From Trichosphaerium sp. ATCC 40318 (taxonomy: Eukaryota > Protista > Tubulinea), in contig JALMLS010000377.1 in NCBI GenBank assembly GCA_038496445.1, forward strand, positions 62,001-126,000: a stretch of DNA of 64,000 bases. The letters are read 5' to 3'. This document shows, piece by piece, positions 36,761 to 50,400 of this stretch. How positions within the stretch are numbered: the stretch's first letter is position 1; each line of letters starts with the position of its first letter. The notes beneath the pieces are model-generated. The model did not search any database. It was not told where the DNA came from and was given only the letters and a program-made list of their open reading frames with translations. The translations under genes were made by a program, and so were the position numbers.

Positions 36761-38775
36761 AAAAAAAGGAATAACTTGAAAAAAGCTGTTGAGGTAATTC
36801 TCCACTATGCTTTAAGTAATTACACAAAACTGTAACTGAGGTTAAACAAACAAAAAAAAACAACAAAAGCCAATGAAAGGAAGAATTTTCATACCCGGTA
36901 CTGATACTTAAGATTGGTGGATATAAATTTGTATAAAGTTATTACCTTGTAAGATCCTTAACGCACAGGATCCGATATACCTAGGGTGATAACTTAGATT
37001 AGGAAACGTATGAGTATTACTGTTCGTTCAAAGTTCGTTGCACTATAGCTCTACGTTTCTTCCCTTTCTCCGGAATGAATGGCAATGAGAAATAACCCTC
37101 ATCTACTGAAAGAGAAAAAGCGGCAAGAACTTGGACTATTACGAAAATGTCAAAAACTATCTCCCAAGGATACTCACGACTGAGAAACCTATGGATACAA
37201 CAAGCAACGGTTGGTTGTAACAGAGGTTAAGGACGAGAAAGAAGTTCCAACAACATTACAAAAAGTTATGCTGAAAATAGTAGCAATCCAATTTCTCTCC
37301 TCTTCTTCCTTTTATAGTACGCAATATGAAGTTATTGCCCTGTGGTGTTCCCTAGTGCTACTTATGACGTTTCCGGTGGAATTGGCACACTTCGGTGTAT
37401 AGTCCTTGTACAACAGTTGATCTCGTACAATGCTTAGATAAGTATGACTGGAACGAGAAAGTGCAATGTCTGATGCTCTGTTAGTTTCATAAATCGTGAA
37501 CTCCTTTCCCCTAAGTACAACTCACTGAGGTTTTGTCAGCGTATCCCTATCTACATACACCAAGGCTCCAGCTCAAGCTGTATCAATGAAAAACTCCGCG
37601 CCTTTTTTGGAGCGTACGGACTGTTGCACATGTCCTACCACGGCACACCGTACAAAGTATACAGCAACAGTCCCTTTTGAAGGGTACGTAGGACTAGCTA
37701 TTTCTTACGATGTATTACTAAATATCTATATGTGTAAAAAAGTACGCAATCCTTACACAACGCAGTGAGTCGTTTAGGCGGTAACACCATTTTGAAAAGC
37801 TCGATAAAAACTTGTCAATTCTATTTTGATGTTACGGGCGATAATTAGTATCAAAGAATCAGACAACAAGCATTAATAGATATAAATCTTTCATTATAGA
37901 GGATCAGGTTCGCTGTTAAACAAAAATCGTTTCGATCACGAGTTGTTTTAAAAAAAGCAATTCTCCAACATCTATTTTAGGATAGTTGTTATTTTGGGCC
38001 GTTTAGAAACTCAAAAAAAAGTAAGCAATTACGCTAAATACACTAATCTATGTTTAGACTATAGAAAAACGTGGCGTGTAGCGGCACAATTATTCCCGTA
38101 AATCCGTAAAAATGTTTCAGTTTTTTTGAGTTACCTTAAAACTTTCTTAGTAAGTTTGGTTTTTTAGGCGCTTTTAAAGCGTATGTACAAGGAATATCAA
38201 AGCACCGAAGTTTCATGTTTACTAAATTTATTTGTGCAGATTAAAAGTTTTCATTTGATTCCATCAGACGACCATTGCAACAACTTTCACAAAAAGTAAA
38301 AACAACCTCCGCTACCTCTCCGTATGTTTAAGACTGAACCTGCATACTCCCTTGGATACACACAACACGAAGTTGATAATGTAAATAATTACAATGAACT
38401 CGGGGAGATATATCCTAGTTTATCATTCGGTCAAACGTGCGTTGAACACTCCTATAGCATCAAACAACAAAAATGTTGAGAACATGTTTTACGAGAAATT
38501 TTTTTTTTAGAACCAAGCGCCAAGCCCATGCATTTAAATTTCATTACTAACAACCATTTATAGATCACCGAGGTACACCAATGACCCGAGTAGTATGGAT
38601 TATTATCATTTTGCAGGTGAGTTGTTGCTGAAGAAACTGGTTTTTTTTTAATTTTGGGTTGAGGCTTCTATTATAAATAGCAACCGCATCGTTTCGCGGC
38701 ACAACCAGTTGCCTTTTTAAGCCATAAAAAATTCCTTTTTACTTAATAAAAGTCGTAGAGTGCAACACATCATCA

Positions 38776-39255
38776 ATGTCATCAATGCAACCAATAGAAG
38801 AAATACACATAAAAAAGGAGCCTATTCGTACAGCCCAAAAAGTACGAACAGCAGTAGACGACCTACAACCTCGTGGCGTATCGTATGGATGCTTAATAAA
38901 GTCCTTCTCTGTTGTTACCACTGGAGGTGTAAGAAAAATGCCGCGTTTCGGCAAACAAGGGTTCAATGGGTCACCACTACAACGAAAACGAGCTGTATTG
39001 CATAAATATCAATCTTCGCCCGTAAAAGGAGGGAAACGATCTAGAAACATGTCAAATAGCAGCAACAGGATCCAAACGCTCTTAACACCAAAGAAAGAGC
39101 ATTTTACCAACAGTGCCGAAAGACCCGAGCTTCTACCGCAACAATGGTCTGAACAAACGCCAGTACCCGATTTCAAGTATTTCACAAACCAAAACGCATG
39201 GTATAGACCTAAAGTAAAGGCTTGTACGCTACCTCGCGATAGATTTAGACTGTAA
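38776..39255 (+). CDS. Intronless basic hypothetical protein
   Basis: 159-aa ATG-initiated ORF with TATAAATA about 100 nt upstream. Confidence 0.5.
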   Translation: MSSMQPIEEIHIKKEPIRTAQKVRTAVDDLQPRGVSYGCLIKSFSVVTTGGVRKMPRFGKQGFNGSPLQRKRAVLHKYQSSPVKGGKRSRNMSNSSNRIQTLLTPKKEHFTNSAERPELLPQQWSEQTPVPDFKYFTNQNAWYRPKVKACTLPRDRFRL

Positions 39256-39549
39256 TTTCCCAAACCAAATAATTGTAATAAAAACTGTACTTTTACCACC
39301 TTACCACTCTACCTGAGTATTTTGATGCACGAATTTTCATTGTAAAAATACAATAAAGTCTATTTTAGCAAAATAATCAAAAATGCCACCAGAACCAGAA
39401 TTGATTGGCTAAGTAGGCGACATGATACACGAAAACGCGTTTTGTTGTGATGAGAAGTGAATACCTTGCTTCGCTTGTAGGTACTCGTACTTACTAACAA
39501 AAAAGGAAGAATTAACGTAAACGAGCTCCAATACGCTTTAAACGGTGAT

Positions 39550-42500
39550 CTATTGTACATTGAATACAGTGTGCTCAAGTAATTGAGCTGGTGTAGGACG
39601 AGTCGCTGGATCAAGGCTACAACATAGCCCAATTATATCGACAAACATAGAATCTGTCGCAACTCCTGGTATTTTACCCTCTTTTATCTGTGCTTGGCGT
39701 TTTTCCGCTGACATTTTGCCGAACGGCGTTCGCTCAGTGCTACACTCAATTAATAGCATACCAAACGCCCATACTAAATAGTTATATCAATAACACGATA
39801 CCTTTAAAGAAAAACAAACAAAAAAAAAATTGCTGTAGGTTTCACGTACCATCAGTGGCAGGCGATACTGCTTCTCCAGATAGTAACTCAGGAGCAAGAT
39901 AATAAACTTGGTTCTCACTGTTTACACTTAAATTACCAAAATCAGATAAAGCAACGCGATAGTACGGCTCTACATCACCATCTAGAAGTACATTGCTAGG
40001 CTATTAAAAATAAAATAAGCAATCAACCACGTCTAGCGTTCAAACACAAAAACCTACCCGCAAAGCGCCATGGTATATCTCTTGTTCATGCAAAAATTGC
40101 AACCCTTTCAAAATCTAACAAACTCTTAGATGAAGGCCTCGCGAAGAAGAAAAAAAAACAGGATAATAGGTACCTCAAGGGCATAGTGTTGAATGTCTAT
40201 GTCTGAAATCCCTTTAGCTGAAAAGTATTTTCCTCTGTTGCTTATCAAATCTTTAAGAGAGCGTCTGTATCAAAAGTAAACAAACATTACACAATTAAGC
40301 TTCGTACCTTGCAAAGTACTCCTGTGCTACATGCAAGCAACCTTCTTCTGTTTTATAGCTCAAATAACGTGCCACATTAGGGTGACGTAACTCTGCATAT
40401 TGGGGAAAGGCTGAAAAAAGAGTAAAAGTAAGCGATGTGATGAATTATGTAGAGCAAAAGTTGTTTTTCTACTTACCATTTACAACACTCGATATTGTTT
40501 GTATTATAGGTGAATCATATACCTTTACAGCAACCGCTACTGGTCCTATAGCACCTCTTACTAGATGACTACACTTTTCACTTCCAAGGAGTTCTAATCC
40601 AACAAATGATTCCGTTCTAACATATTATCGTTAAATGGAACCTGGCGCAATAGAAAAACAAATCAGAACGTACGAAAGATCTGGTATACTGAACTTCTCT
40701 CCAACAAGGTATAAGTTTGCAGGAAGAGAAGAACGTAAAGTTTGTAGTTGTTGCTCTAATTGTTCTCTAGAAGATCCAGGACCTTCAACATGGGAAGGTG
40801 TCTTGTGTATACTCGCCTAGCACATTTTTTCAGGAATTTTTGTTTATACTTTCCTTATGTATTTTGTACCTGGTATTTCTTTACTTTAAGGTGCTTTGCT
40901 GGATACAACTGACCAGGTTCTTCCATTAGATCAACGTATATTAAATTACTTCGGGTAAATGGTGATGGGACATAAACCCACGCTAAATCATTACCATTCT
41001 AAAATAAAAATCAGTCTTTTGTTCGAAACAATAGAAATTAATTGCAGCACGTACATCAATGCGTCTTACTAGTCTGCAAGGCACAGGTTTCTCTAAACGA
41101 TCACAAATATACTTAAACAATATAGCACGGTGTCTTTCAACACCATGTGTAATAGAACCAAGTGGTATAATATTGGAGTTTGTACGTTTCTTAATGCAAG
41201 CCAATACTTGGCGAGAAATATGTCGCAAACTAAAGTCTTCATCTGCATTATCTTCTGAGCGATCTAGAACATATTATGAGTATCTAAGGCTTGGCAATAT
41301 ATTTTCTATTGCATTGTCATACCTAGGCCATTAGCGCCACCCATCGTCGAAGATACAAATAAAGCCAAAGTTGTAACTTTTTGCTCGAAATGCTTAACAT
41401 TTCGTAACTGATAACGCGCTTGGCTAACTATCTTTTGTAGTTTCTTATCACCATCATCAGCAACAATCACCTCACGGCCCTAACAACAGTCATAAGCAAC
41501 GTGTTAAACAAATATTAAGCAAGTACCTCTAGATTCATTGGTAGACCTTTCATTACACTTAATGCAGGCAGTGGAGGTCCACCAGTATGTGGACCAGGGT
41601 CGTAAAACAGAGACTCGATCTTGAATTCAGGTGCAATCGGACCATAGTGGTATCTCTCTGAAATATTACTTACAACAAAAGTAGATACTCTGAGAAAAAC
41701 ATTAGCTAATAAAGAAATAGACTGCTCGCGTTCGATCTCTAACTTACTTGTCCGTTGTAACACTCAACCTCTTTACAAGACGTAATTGTTGGTTTGACAT
41801 AGCTTCAGCTAAGGCATCCTTAAATATTATGCTATTTGCTCTCGTGTCAAATCCAATACCGACATCACCAATTGACTCTTCAGCGTTAACAGCAGCTGAA
41901 CACAAAGTTAGAATAAACATCCTATGTGAACGAAAATGAGGTACCATTGAGTGGTTTATCCAATGCGTAATATCGCGTGCTATCAACAACTTGTTTAACT
42001 TGAATGCCATCAAAAATATGTTCCTTTCCACTTGCAATTTCAGTGAGTTTGACTTTACATACATGACCCTAATGTTAGACAGAGCGTATTAGTTCATTGT
42101 GCCACAATAACAATAGAAAAAAATAAAGTGACGTACAGTTGGACACATGTATATTGTCAAGTTTGTTTGTTCGCCCTGACGTACATCCCATTCACTAGCC
42201 CTTAGATCTATTAGAATATTTCTTGTACATCCAACACTTACTTTAGAGAGCCTTCAGGTACATTTGGAAACATCCAACATCCATGCTGTGACGGTTCGTG
42301 CGGATGAGCATCCTCTATAGATACAACAATCTAATAACAATTAATTTTACACATCCGCAAGGATGTATAGGGTACCTTTGGAGCTTGATTACTAGATTTA
42401 GAGTGTTTGTGCTTTTTCTTTTTTTTCTTTAATTTTTTCACTTCTTTGAGATCATCCGTGAACACTAGAGCTGATCCTGAAGAGAAGATAGGTGCAACAA

Positions 42501-43911
42501 ATTCATCTATGCCAATCTTCCTTGCACAGTCCCCGCAGAATTCCCATAACTCATAGGTCTTACAATCCAGGTTTCTCATACGCTAAACAACAAAAATTAA
42601 AAAAAACATTGACTAATTAAAATACGCACCAACAATTTATCAGATAGTTTTTTACATAACTGCTTAGCAGTTGTGCTTGCTGTACAAATCTGACTTTGAA
42701 AAGTTCCATTCATCAAGTAAATACGGACACCGACCATTTTGGTTGCTAATGAAGGTTTTAGTCTTTATTATTGTTATATTTATACGTACGTTCTTGAGCA
42801 GGATCAAGAGATCTTGGCATTAGTTCTCCGTAACCCTACAATATGACTATGAGAAAAAGAAAAAAAAAGAAATATACGATTAAATCGCTATTACCTCATA
42901 GATAGCATCAAAGTTGGTAGTAATCAATCCAACCAATCTTGTCTTATTTTGTGGACTCATTACATTAGAAAATATTGTCCCCATACCCTAATAACAGAAG
43001 AACAGATATTAATACCTTTTTTTTAACGAAAAAATTGCCAAAAAAAGTAATTCCGTCAAAAACAATTAGAGACATGAGTGTAAGTGTATAACGTACACCA
43101 AAAATAGTGCCAATATTATCAGCGCTCATTTTAGTTGTTTCCTTTCGCTCTTCAATGAGACTAAGTAGTTTAAACATTTCCCTACATAAGCCACGATGGT
43201 ATTTTGGTAATGTTGGCATTATCGTTTTTATCTTGGCTACTAGTTTGTCTTCATCCTCGTATGCAGGGAATTCTTCTGTAGACAGAAATGAGCATTTTCC
43301 AAATTTGACGTGAGTTGTTGTCACAAAAGCTTGCAGATCAAAAGGCTCGCGTAGGTCTTCAATAAAGGAGAAAAGTTATGCACACGCACCTAAAGCGGCC
43401 TCGAGTGTTCGCTGGTGTTCCTCGTGAGCGAATAGCGCATCAGGGAGCTCTCTCAAGTACTTTTTGAGCGCACCTGCCAGATCGTCGGTTGAAACCTTAT
43501 CTACCGGCGGATTGACGCCTAAATTGTGGTTTTGTAAACACGAATGTTCGTTTCGAAATAAAATTAGCGTGCCATTGTCGAAATCACGGCACATATCCTG
43601 AATCCCTTGGTGTGAGCCTGGAATACGAAAAATACCCTCAGAAGCAATACCTACCCAAAATATCACTTATTGGCGATTCGTACAGCGTGTTTGCGCTTTC
43701 TAATTTCATTACCGTTTGTAATAATGAGTTGTGTTGTTATTTTTTTCACGATCCATGGTACTTCTAGCCAAGAGAACACCTTGCTTTGTTCGTTCATGAG
43801 CTTTGCTAAGGGAACGCCGAACATTTTCAATTTTGGCCCCTCTGATTTGTCTACTACATCCTCCATCCATTTTTTAAGCTTCTCATCGTTTGGTGTCTCG
43901 GAAGACGCCAT
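39550..43911 (-). CDS. RhoGAP + ubiquitin-like/RA + EDR1-like domain + pseudokinase (probably one gene)
   Basis: FGVPL...EGIFRIPGS...LKKYLRELPDAL...KMSADNIGTIFG (RhoGAP); IPLGSITHGVERHRAILFKYICD...PCRLVR (EDR1/CTR1-type); VAVK...HPNV...HGALRPSNVLL...DFG...YLAPE...DVWAFG (kinase fold). Confidence 0.75.
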
Positions 43912-44079
43912 TTGAGGCGTCGTTGAAGTTGTTCTTGAATAATGTTGAAAAAACTACAATTACTACAAAACTAACGATCAGAATCAGGTCATAGGCTCTA
44001 TGACGTATATATAAGGGCGATTATCACAGTTCAACTGTTTGTTTCTGCAAAAAATAAATAAACACGATTATTACTACAA

Positions 44080-46003
44080 ATGTCTACAACTAGTAGCGTT
44101 GAATTCCAATATAAACATGATGTTGAGGAAAAACTTTTATGTTTGATCAAAAGCGCTAATATAGGGCCTATCACGCAAGGTACGCACTATACAATCAAAT
44201 GACTTTTAACGCCCTAGACCTTGTGGAACAAGGAGCAAGTAGTGTTGGAAACACGTTAACTAACGTTAAAACGCTCTTTGGCAACCTTTGTGACGAAAAA
44301 GCAGTGGTAATTAGCTTGTCATCCTGTCAAAATGTCACTGAACATAGTAGCGCACAAAACAAGCCACGCAACTACTTACTTTGGCCTGGGAGAAAATACA
44401 CACTGGCTATTGGAAAAACGTGGCAATAGTGTGGAGAGATTTGTACGCATTCAGTTCTGTGCTTGTTGCTGTTACAGAGTGTAAGCGTCACCGTTAATCT
44501 TTAGTCCATGTTGATGTTTTTAAGTGGAATCAAACTCGCCTGAAAAGGCTATGGAACGCCTTGATATGGGGTTGTTAATGGGAGGTCCTCATTTTGAAGA
44601 ACTTCTCAAATCGGCTGTTAGGTAATCAACAACGCGTCTTTAAGCTATACTCATACATTGCAGTACTATAAAGGAGCTCTTATCACGCCAAGCTAAAAAG
44701 AGAAAGTGCTCAGATAATGCAGAAACAGGAGAAAGAAAGCGTTCTCGTCTGCTTCCAAAAGTGAGTTTTTTTCCATCTGTTAGATTGTTTATATATCATC
44801 CAGGTTGATAAAGCTTCTTTCCCTAATATATCACCTGCCAATCGAATATCAAGGGTTCATCCTCCTTCACTTGAGCAATTCCTCACGTGCGTTATTACCA
44901 TCTAATAGATGCGTTAAACACAATAATAATCTCGTTGTACACAGTAAGTATATGATATCCAGTGTACCTGTAATTATAACAAACCTCATAAACAATTGGC
45001 CATGTATACAAAACAAATCATGGTAGTATCTATTTACACATATCGAGCGCTTACCAAGTCGTATTTAGGGAGGACATGACATACCTAAAACAAGTTAGTT
45101 CTCAGCTTCGATATTCCTTTCTTCTTTTGTTCTTACGCGATGGCAGGCCGCCGGTATGCGAACTGTTCCTGTAGAGATAGGTAGTAAATATACTTCAAGC
45201 GACTGGTAAGTAGTTGTTAACACAAGTACAGCATAACAGTACCATGAAGGGGACAATCGTTAATGACTTTATCTGATTTTATTGACATACACATTACACA
45301 TGAAAAGGTATTCTATTATTTGTTATCATGTCCTTATATCTGCAGCCAAATGATAAATCTGGTATCGGTTACGTAGCACAGACGTCTCTATTTGACCAAA
45401 TCCCCGTACTAGCTAGAGATATTCGCGAACCAGGTACGCTATGACTTGAGATAGTCCAAAGCCACTCTTTTCAACTTATTAACTTTATTTTCAGATTACG
45501 TTTCACTGAGGTACACAAACTGTTGCAGTTTTCAAATGTTGTATTGACTCACATTAAAGCCAAAAAGATATCCTGATTAAAAACGCTTGGTTTGGCCCTG
45601 GTGGGACAGTTTCACCATTACACTATGACCCATACCATAACTTACTTTGTCAGGTATGATATGCTTTACCACTTCGGTTGTAGACTAATCCAGCTACAGG
45701 CCGTTGGTTACAAATATATACGATTATACGCACCGAGCGAAACGCCTTTTGTGTATCCACATGGCGACAAGATGCTATTCAACACAAGCCAGGTATGAAA
45801 TAGACACTAACTCCGCTTTGTTTCTAATGGAGCGGAAGGTTGAGGTGGAGCGGCCAGATCATGATAGGTTTCCAAAGTTTAAGGATGCCAAGTGTATAGA
45901 ATGTATCCTTGGACCCGGTGACGTGCTTTACATGCCTCCGAAATGGTGGCACTACATTAGATCGCTATCAGTAAGTTTTTCTGTAAGTTTTTGGTGGGAA
46001 TAA
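44080..46003 (+). CDS. JmjC-domain hydroxylase, KDM8/JMJD5-like
   Basis: [91 protein letters not shown]. Confidence 0.92.
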
Positions 46004-46217
46004 AGGGACGCCTTTGTAAGCTCAGGAGCATAATACAACTGTCATCACGTGACTATTTACGATTATGTATTTACAAGGTTGCGAAACTGTGCAGCCTTAC
46101 GTTACGCAAGTAGATAATAAACGTGTTTTCACAGCTATACAATGGCCCAAGGCAGGGTTGCTAAGTAAGGTGCTAAGTTTAGCAACAAGCTAATTATAAT
46201 TGTTGAGATTCAACCAA

Positions 46218-46844
46218 ATGGGAAATCAGACCAGTGCTGTCTATACCAATGATGAAGAGTCTCATTTTAGACGTAAAAGCCTACAAATAAACCCTAATGA
46301 AACGTTTACGCTAGAAACGTTTTTTCTTGGCAGCAGACGAACGCTGTATGTTGGAAATGCTGCTTTTTATACGATTAAGGGTAACGGAAGAATTTTACCT
46401 TTCAAGTCGTCTACAGGTGCCACAGATATGCTTTCATTTGATAAAATATGTATAAAACGCTACACAGTACAAATGTTAATCAATTTACTATCACTTGAAG
46501 AAAAAGGCGTTGCTAAACGTCCAGATAGCCTAAAAACTTCAAAAATTATACACAGGGCATGGGAGGCAGAGAGGCTTTTGTGGATTGCTCACCAAAAAGA
46601 CGAGGACAGTCCGTTCAATTCATTACCACCAGAAATAATCGTACACATTGTACAGTACTGCAACGAGTATGAAAGTACCAACAAGATAGATACTACAGCA
46701 CTTTGTGATGCCTCAGCTACGGAAAACTGTAGGGGTGTTTTTTGGGATGTACCAATCGAAATCAATGAAGGAACAGTAACGTTTCATAATACTCCAAATC
46801 ATTTGAAAGTGTACCCAAAGAAATTAACTTTAGAAAGGTATTAA
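46218..46844 (+). CDS. Intronless hypothetical protein with N-myristoylation-type start and an internal F-box/SOCS-box-like motif
   Basis: MGNQTS start; ERLLWIAHQK...PFNSLPPEIIVHIVQY. Confidence 0.55.
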   Translation: MGNQTSAVYTNDEESHFRRKSLQINPNETFTLETFFLGSRRTLYVGNAAFYTIKGNGRILPFKSSTGATDMLSFDKICIKRYTVQMLINLLSLEEKGVAKRPDSLKTSKIIHRAWEAERLLWIAHQKDEDSPFNSLPPEIIVHIVQYCNEYESTNKIDTTALCDASATENCRGVFWDVPIEINEGTVTFHNTPNHLKVYPKKLTLERY

Positions 46845-46937
46845 AGTAACCAACAGACAGAAAAACCACTTTGGAGCTCAGTGATCACTGAGTCAACTGC
46901 TTGTATTGTACAATAAAATTTGCATGTTATAAGTAAT

Positions 46938-49381
46938 CTACAGCGCTGAATCAACAGGAGGTGTCATCAATTGTGGAACGTTTTGATGTGTATCACGTGA
47001 TTTAAAAATCAGAGGAGATGAAGTGTCATACTTTGAAAGATGAGATGATAACTGTGGCGCATAGTGTTTGATTGTTGCTGCTAAAGTGTCAACATCATTA
47101 TTCCACCTAAAAATACAATCATTAGCTCTTTAAGTTGTATTTTCTAAGCAACATTTACCAATAAGGAATTGGAACTAACACTATGCCTAAAACAAGAAAT
47201 AAATAGTTGGCCATACATTTATTTTTGTACCATTGTTTTCGCACTGTTGTGCTTTTTCAGCATCGCGAGATTGGAAAAGTATAGATGGTACTGCAAATGC
47301 GACTCCATCCCTGTAATGTTGCTCACCTATCATATGGTTTGCACAAAAATCACGTGATAATGGAATGGTACCTTGATACTCAATGGCAAGTGACAGTTCT
47401 GGTAGAAAAATGTCAACAGACATTGATGCTCCTGTGGATTGTGTAGAGCCAATTACATGTTCTTCAACTATTGGCGTATTTGGGAATATGCGTGTTGTAT
47501 ACTGGATTAAAGTACTATTGTTACGAGTGAATATCTTTATGATGTACCATAGAATTGAAGTACCGTTGTTGAGATTTTTTAGTTTGAAGTGGAAATTTAT
47601 GCCACGACCATGTGTAGTTAGGATCTAGTAGTTGTAGAGTCTTTGGATAGAAAGGTCTTAATCCACTTCCACCTATATCATAAAGCTGGTGGAATGATAT
47701 ACGATACCTAGATAGTCAAAAGTAAGGAGGTAAAACAACTAAAATGTACACACCAATCTTCCATTTTAGTTATATTAAGTTGTTGTGCTGCTGACCTTAA
47801 AAATAGCTTTCTGTTCATCTCGTCTTGCCAATACCCTTTTGGATAAGATTCCTTTATAATAAAATTATGTTCGGGATATGTCCTCTTTAGCAGTGTTGTC
47901 AACGAATTGCGATGCCTACAAGATGGTGTTAGTTTTACTTTTTTTTTTTGGGAGCAATTTGTATTGGGTTTGCTGTGGATCCTTAATATCACGTGCTTAA
48001 TTGGTGTACGGTCACTTACTCGTGTATCATTTTTTTGTCATATTGCGCAACGTCTCTAATATATACAAGTGTCCAGTCATCAAGACATTTGACGTTAAGC
48101 TTTTCTCCTATTTTTTCAAGTCTTTTTCTGTAACTTTGTAGTTTTTCTATTCGTGTCGTGTTTGGTTTATCTCTAAATGTATAACTATTAGCGATAATCT
48201 TGTATTGAAACACACTTGTCAAAGCATAAGCAGGTTTTTGTTTCTCACCTTTTTAATGACCAAGACATTTCAGGGTAAAGACTTGCAATCATTTTTGAAA
48301 CAGATAAATTATACCTTAAGAATCAAAATTAAGAAGAGTGTCAATATACTGTTGTTCACACACCGTCTAAGCACCTCACCACCCCCTAGTCTTAATAAAT
48401 CACCTGCTTTAACTACTAACCAATCTTCTAGTATTTTTATTTCAAGCTCTTCTCCTAATGCGTCCACAACTTTAATGTCGTCTTCGCTCTGTCTTTTAGT
48501 AAATTGTGGGAAAACAGTCTTGAGCATTTCTTGCAATGATCCTTTATACCTATAAATAGAAAGTAAACACGTGATACCCCTATTATGAGATATTCACATA
48601 CTCTTGTAAAAGCGATACCATTTTAGGTACTTTACGAAGTCTCATATGTGTGACTGAGTGCCACTCTTCAAGCACTTTTACATTAAGAGTTTGGCTCGCT
48701 TCATGTATGATCATTTTGACACTTGTTGATTTACCACTTGCTTGGTTCGTTGGTTTATGACTGTAAATGTCGTGAATTCAAATACCACATTGATATTACG
48801 CACGCAAACTTCCAAGGTATCCATTCATGATCGGGGTACAGCGTTACTAGTGCTTTGAAGAGGGAGTTGTTGCATCTGTCAAAAAGGTCAGTTTGACATT
48901 TGTGAAGAATTACGGTTGGCAACGTACGCTTGTAGTGTTGATGTTGCCACACCCATATCTAATAAGTCTATAGCACGCCAGTTGTACCAATCAGTTAATT
49001 TGGTAATACCAATACTTTTGCCAGCTGCTTCAAGCTCAGACCTCATTTTGTCCATGTCGCCTGATATTTGGGTCCATCTACGCCCGTTTAGTTATTTTGA
49101 AGCGTAAATCGGTATACTTGAAATTTAGAGCGTTCCAATGGTGCTCGGGGTAGATATGGCGTAAGGTTTTGGAAAGAGACCTACCAAACCTGTAATAGAT
49201 AACCTGTGTTAATTTGATTGTACTAGCGTGTCAAAACGCACTTGTTCATGACACCAGCACCACCGCGTACGTAAGGATCTCTCCAAGACACATTGTACCA
49301 ATCATCAAGCACTTTTATGTCAAGTTGCTTTCCAATAGCGCCAAATGTAAGTGCATGCCTTGCCACTATTGCACTAGACAT
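46938..49381 (-). CDS. Second Trp-rich repeat + RAP/Vsr-like PD-(D/E)XK protein (paralog of 18295-21115; start uncertain)
   Basis: LDIKVLDDWYNV...GGAGV...IYPEHHW; LYPDHEWIPWKF; PKGYWQDEMNRKLFL; SVDIFLPELSLAIEYQGEQHY...RDAEKAQQC...PIPYWWN. Confidence 0.8.
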
Positions 49382-49597
49382 GCACCACCGCTTTTACAAT
49401 TGCATAACATTAACTTCTGGCTTAAAGCAGGTTTGGTTAAACAACTGCTTGAAACGTCAAAATGAAATGCTGATTCTGGAAAGGGCATACCTATTCGTAC
49501 TGAGTTATTGTTGCAGAACAAACAGCATTTTTTACAACTTAATCCCTCAACAGCTGTATGAAAAAAAAATATAATTAGAACGGAGGATGGAAAGCGT

Positions 49598-50158
49598 ATG
49601 GATTGGTATGACGATGGTCAAATGGCACACATGTGTAATTGTGTAAATGGCTTAAAAGAAGGAGAGTCAATAACATGGCATGAAAACGGCCAAGTGAAAA
49701 GGAAAGCTACATGTGTAAATGACAAATTACATGGAGAAATCACGTTCTGGCATGAAAATGGTCAAATGTCACAGAAGTCCTACTTCGTTCATGAAATAAG
49801 AGAAGGAAAATGCAATTGTTGGCATGACAATGGCCAATTGAGTCTACAGTGCTACTTTGTAAATGGTAAAGAAGAAGGCAAGAAGATACAATGGTATCCT
49901 GATGTTAAAGTGTCTGCCAATTTTTTCAAGATCAATGCCAAAACTGAAGGAATTGTAAATTGTTGGCAGTACAATGGTCAATTTAGCGCTGAGTATTTTG
50001 TCATCAATGGTAAAAAAGAAGGAGAGTATAAAGAGTGGTACAATGGGCAATTGGTGTTTAACTGCAGTTTTGTCAATAACAAAATGGTAAAAGAGTCCAA
50101 GCTCCGGCATGGCAAGGCTGACACAGGCAGTCCGAGAAAAGCTCACATTTTCACATAG
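49598..50158 (+). CDS. Intronless MORN_2 repeat protein (possibly 5'-truncated)
   Basis: Tandem WHENGQ...C.FVNGK.EG repeats of about 24 aa. Confidence 0.75.
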   Translation: MDWYDDGQMAHMCNCVNGLKEGESITWHENGQVKRKATCVNDKLHGEITFWHENGQMSQKSYFVHEIREGKCNCWHDNGQLSLQCYFVNGKEEGKKIQWYPDVKVSANFFKINAKTEGIVNCWQYNGQFSAEYFVINGKKEGEYKEWYNGQLVFNCSFVNNKMVKESKLRHGKADTGSPRKAHIFT

Positions 50159-50400
50159 ATTTGCCACCAAACCAAACCTCCTCAAAGATCTTGACTTGCT
50201 TGCATTCGGTAGTACAGATTACTTCTTCTAAGCTGTTTTTGTGCCTATTAAAGTAATAGAAATTGTAGATAGAAAAAAAGGATTAAACATGCACCATTTT
50301 TTGAAACAACTGATGTTTACTGCAGTCAAGTGCAGTTTGTAATAATACTTGCTCACAATTTGTATTGATCAGGATGGAAAATAGATTGCTGTCGGTGTTC

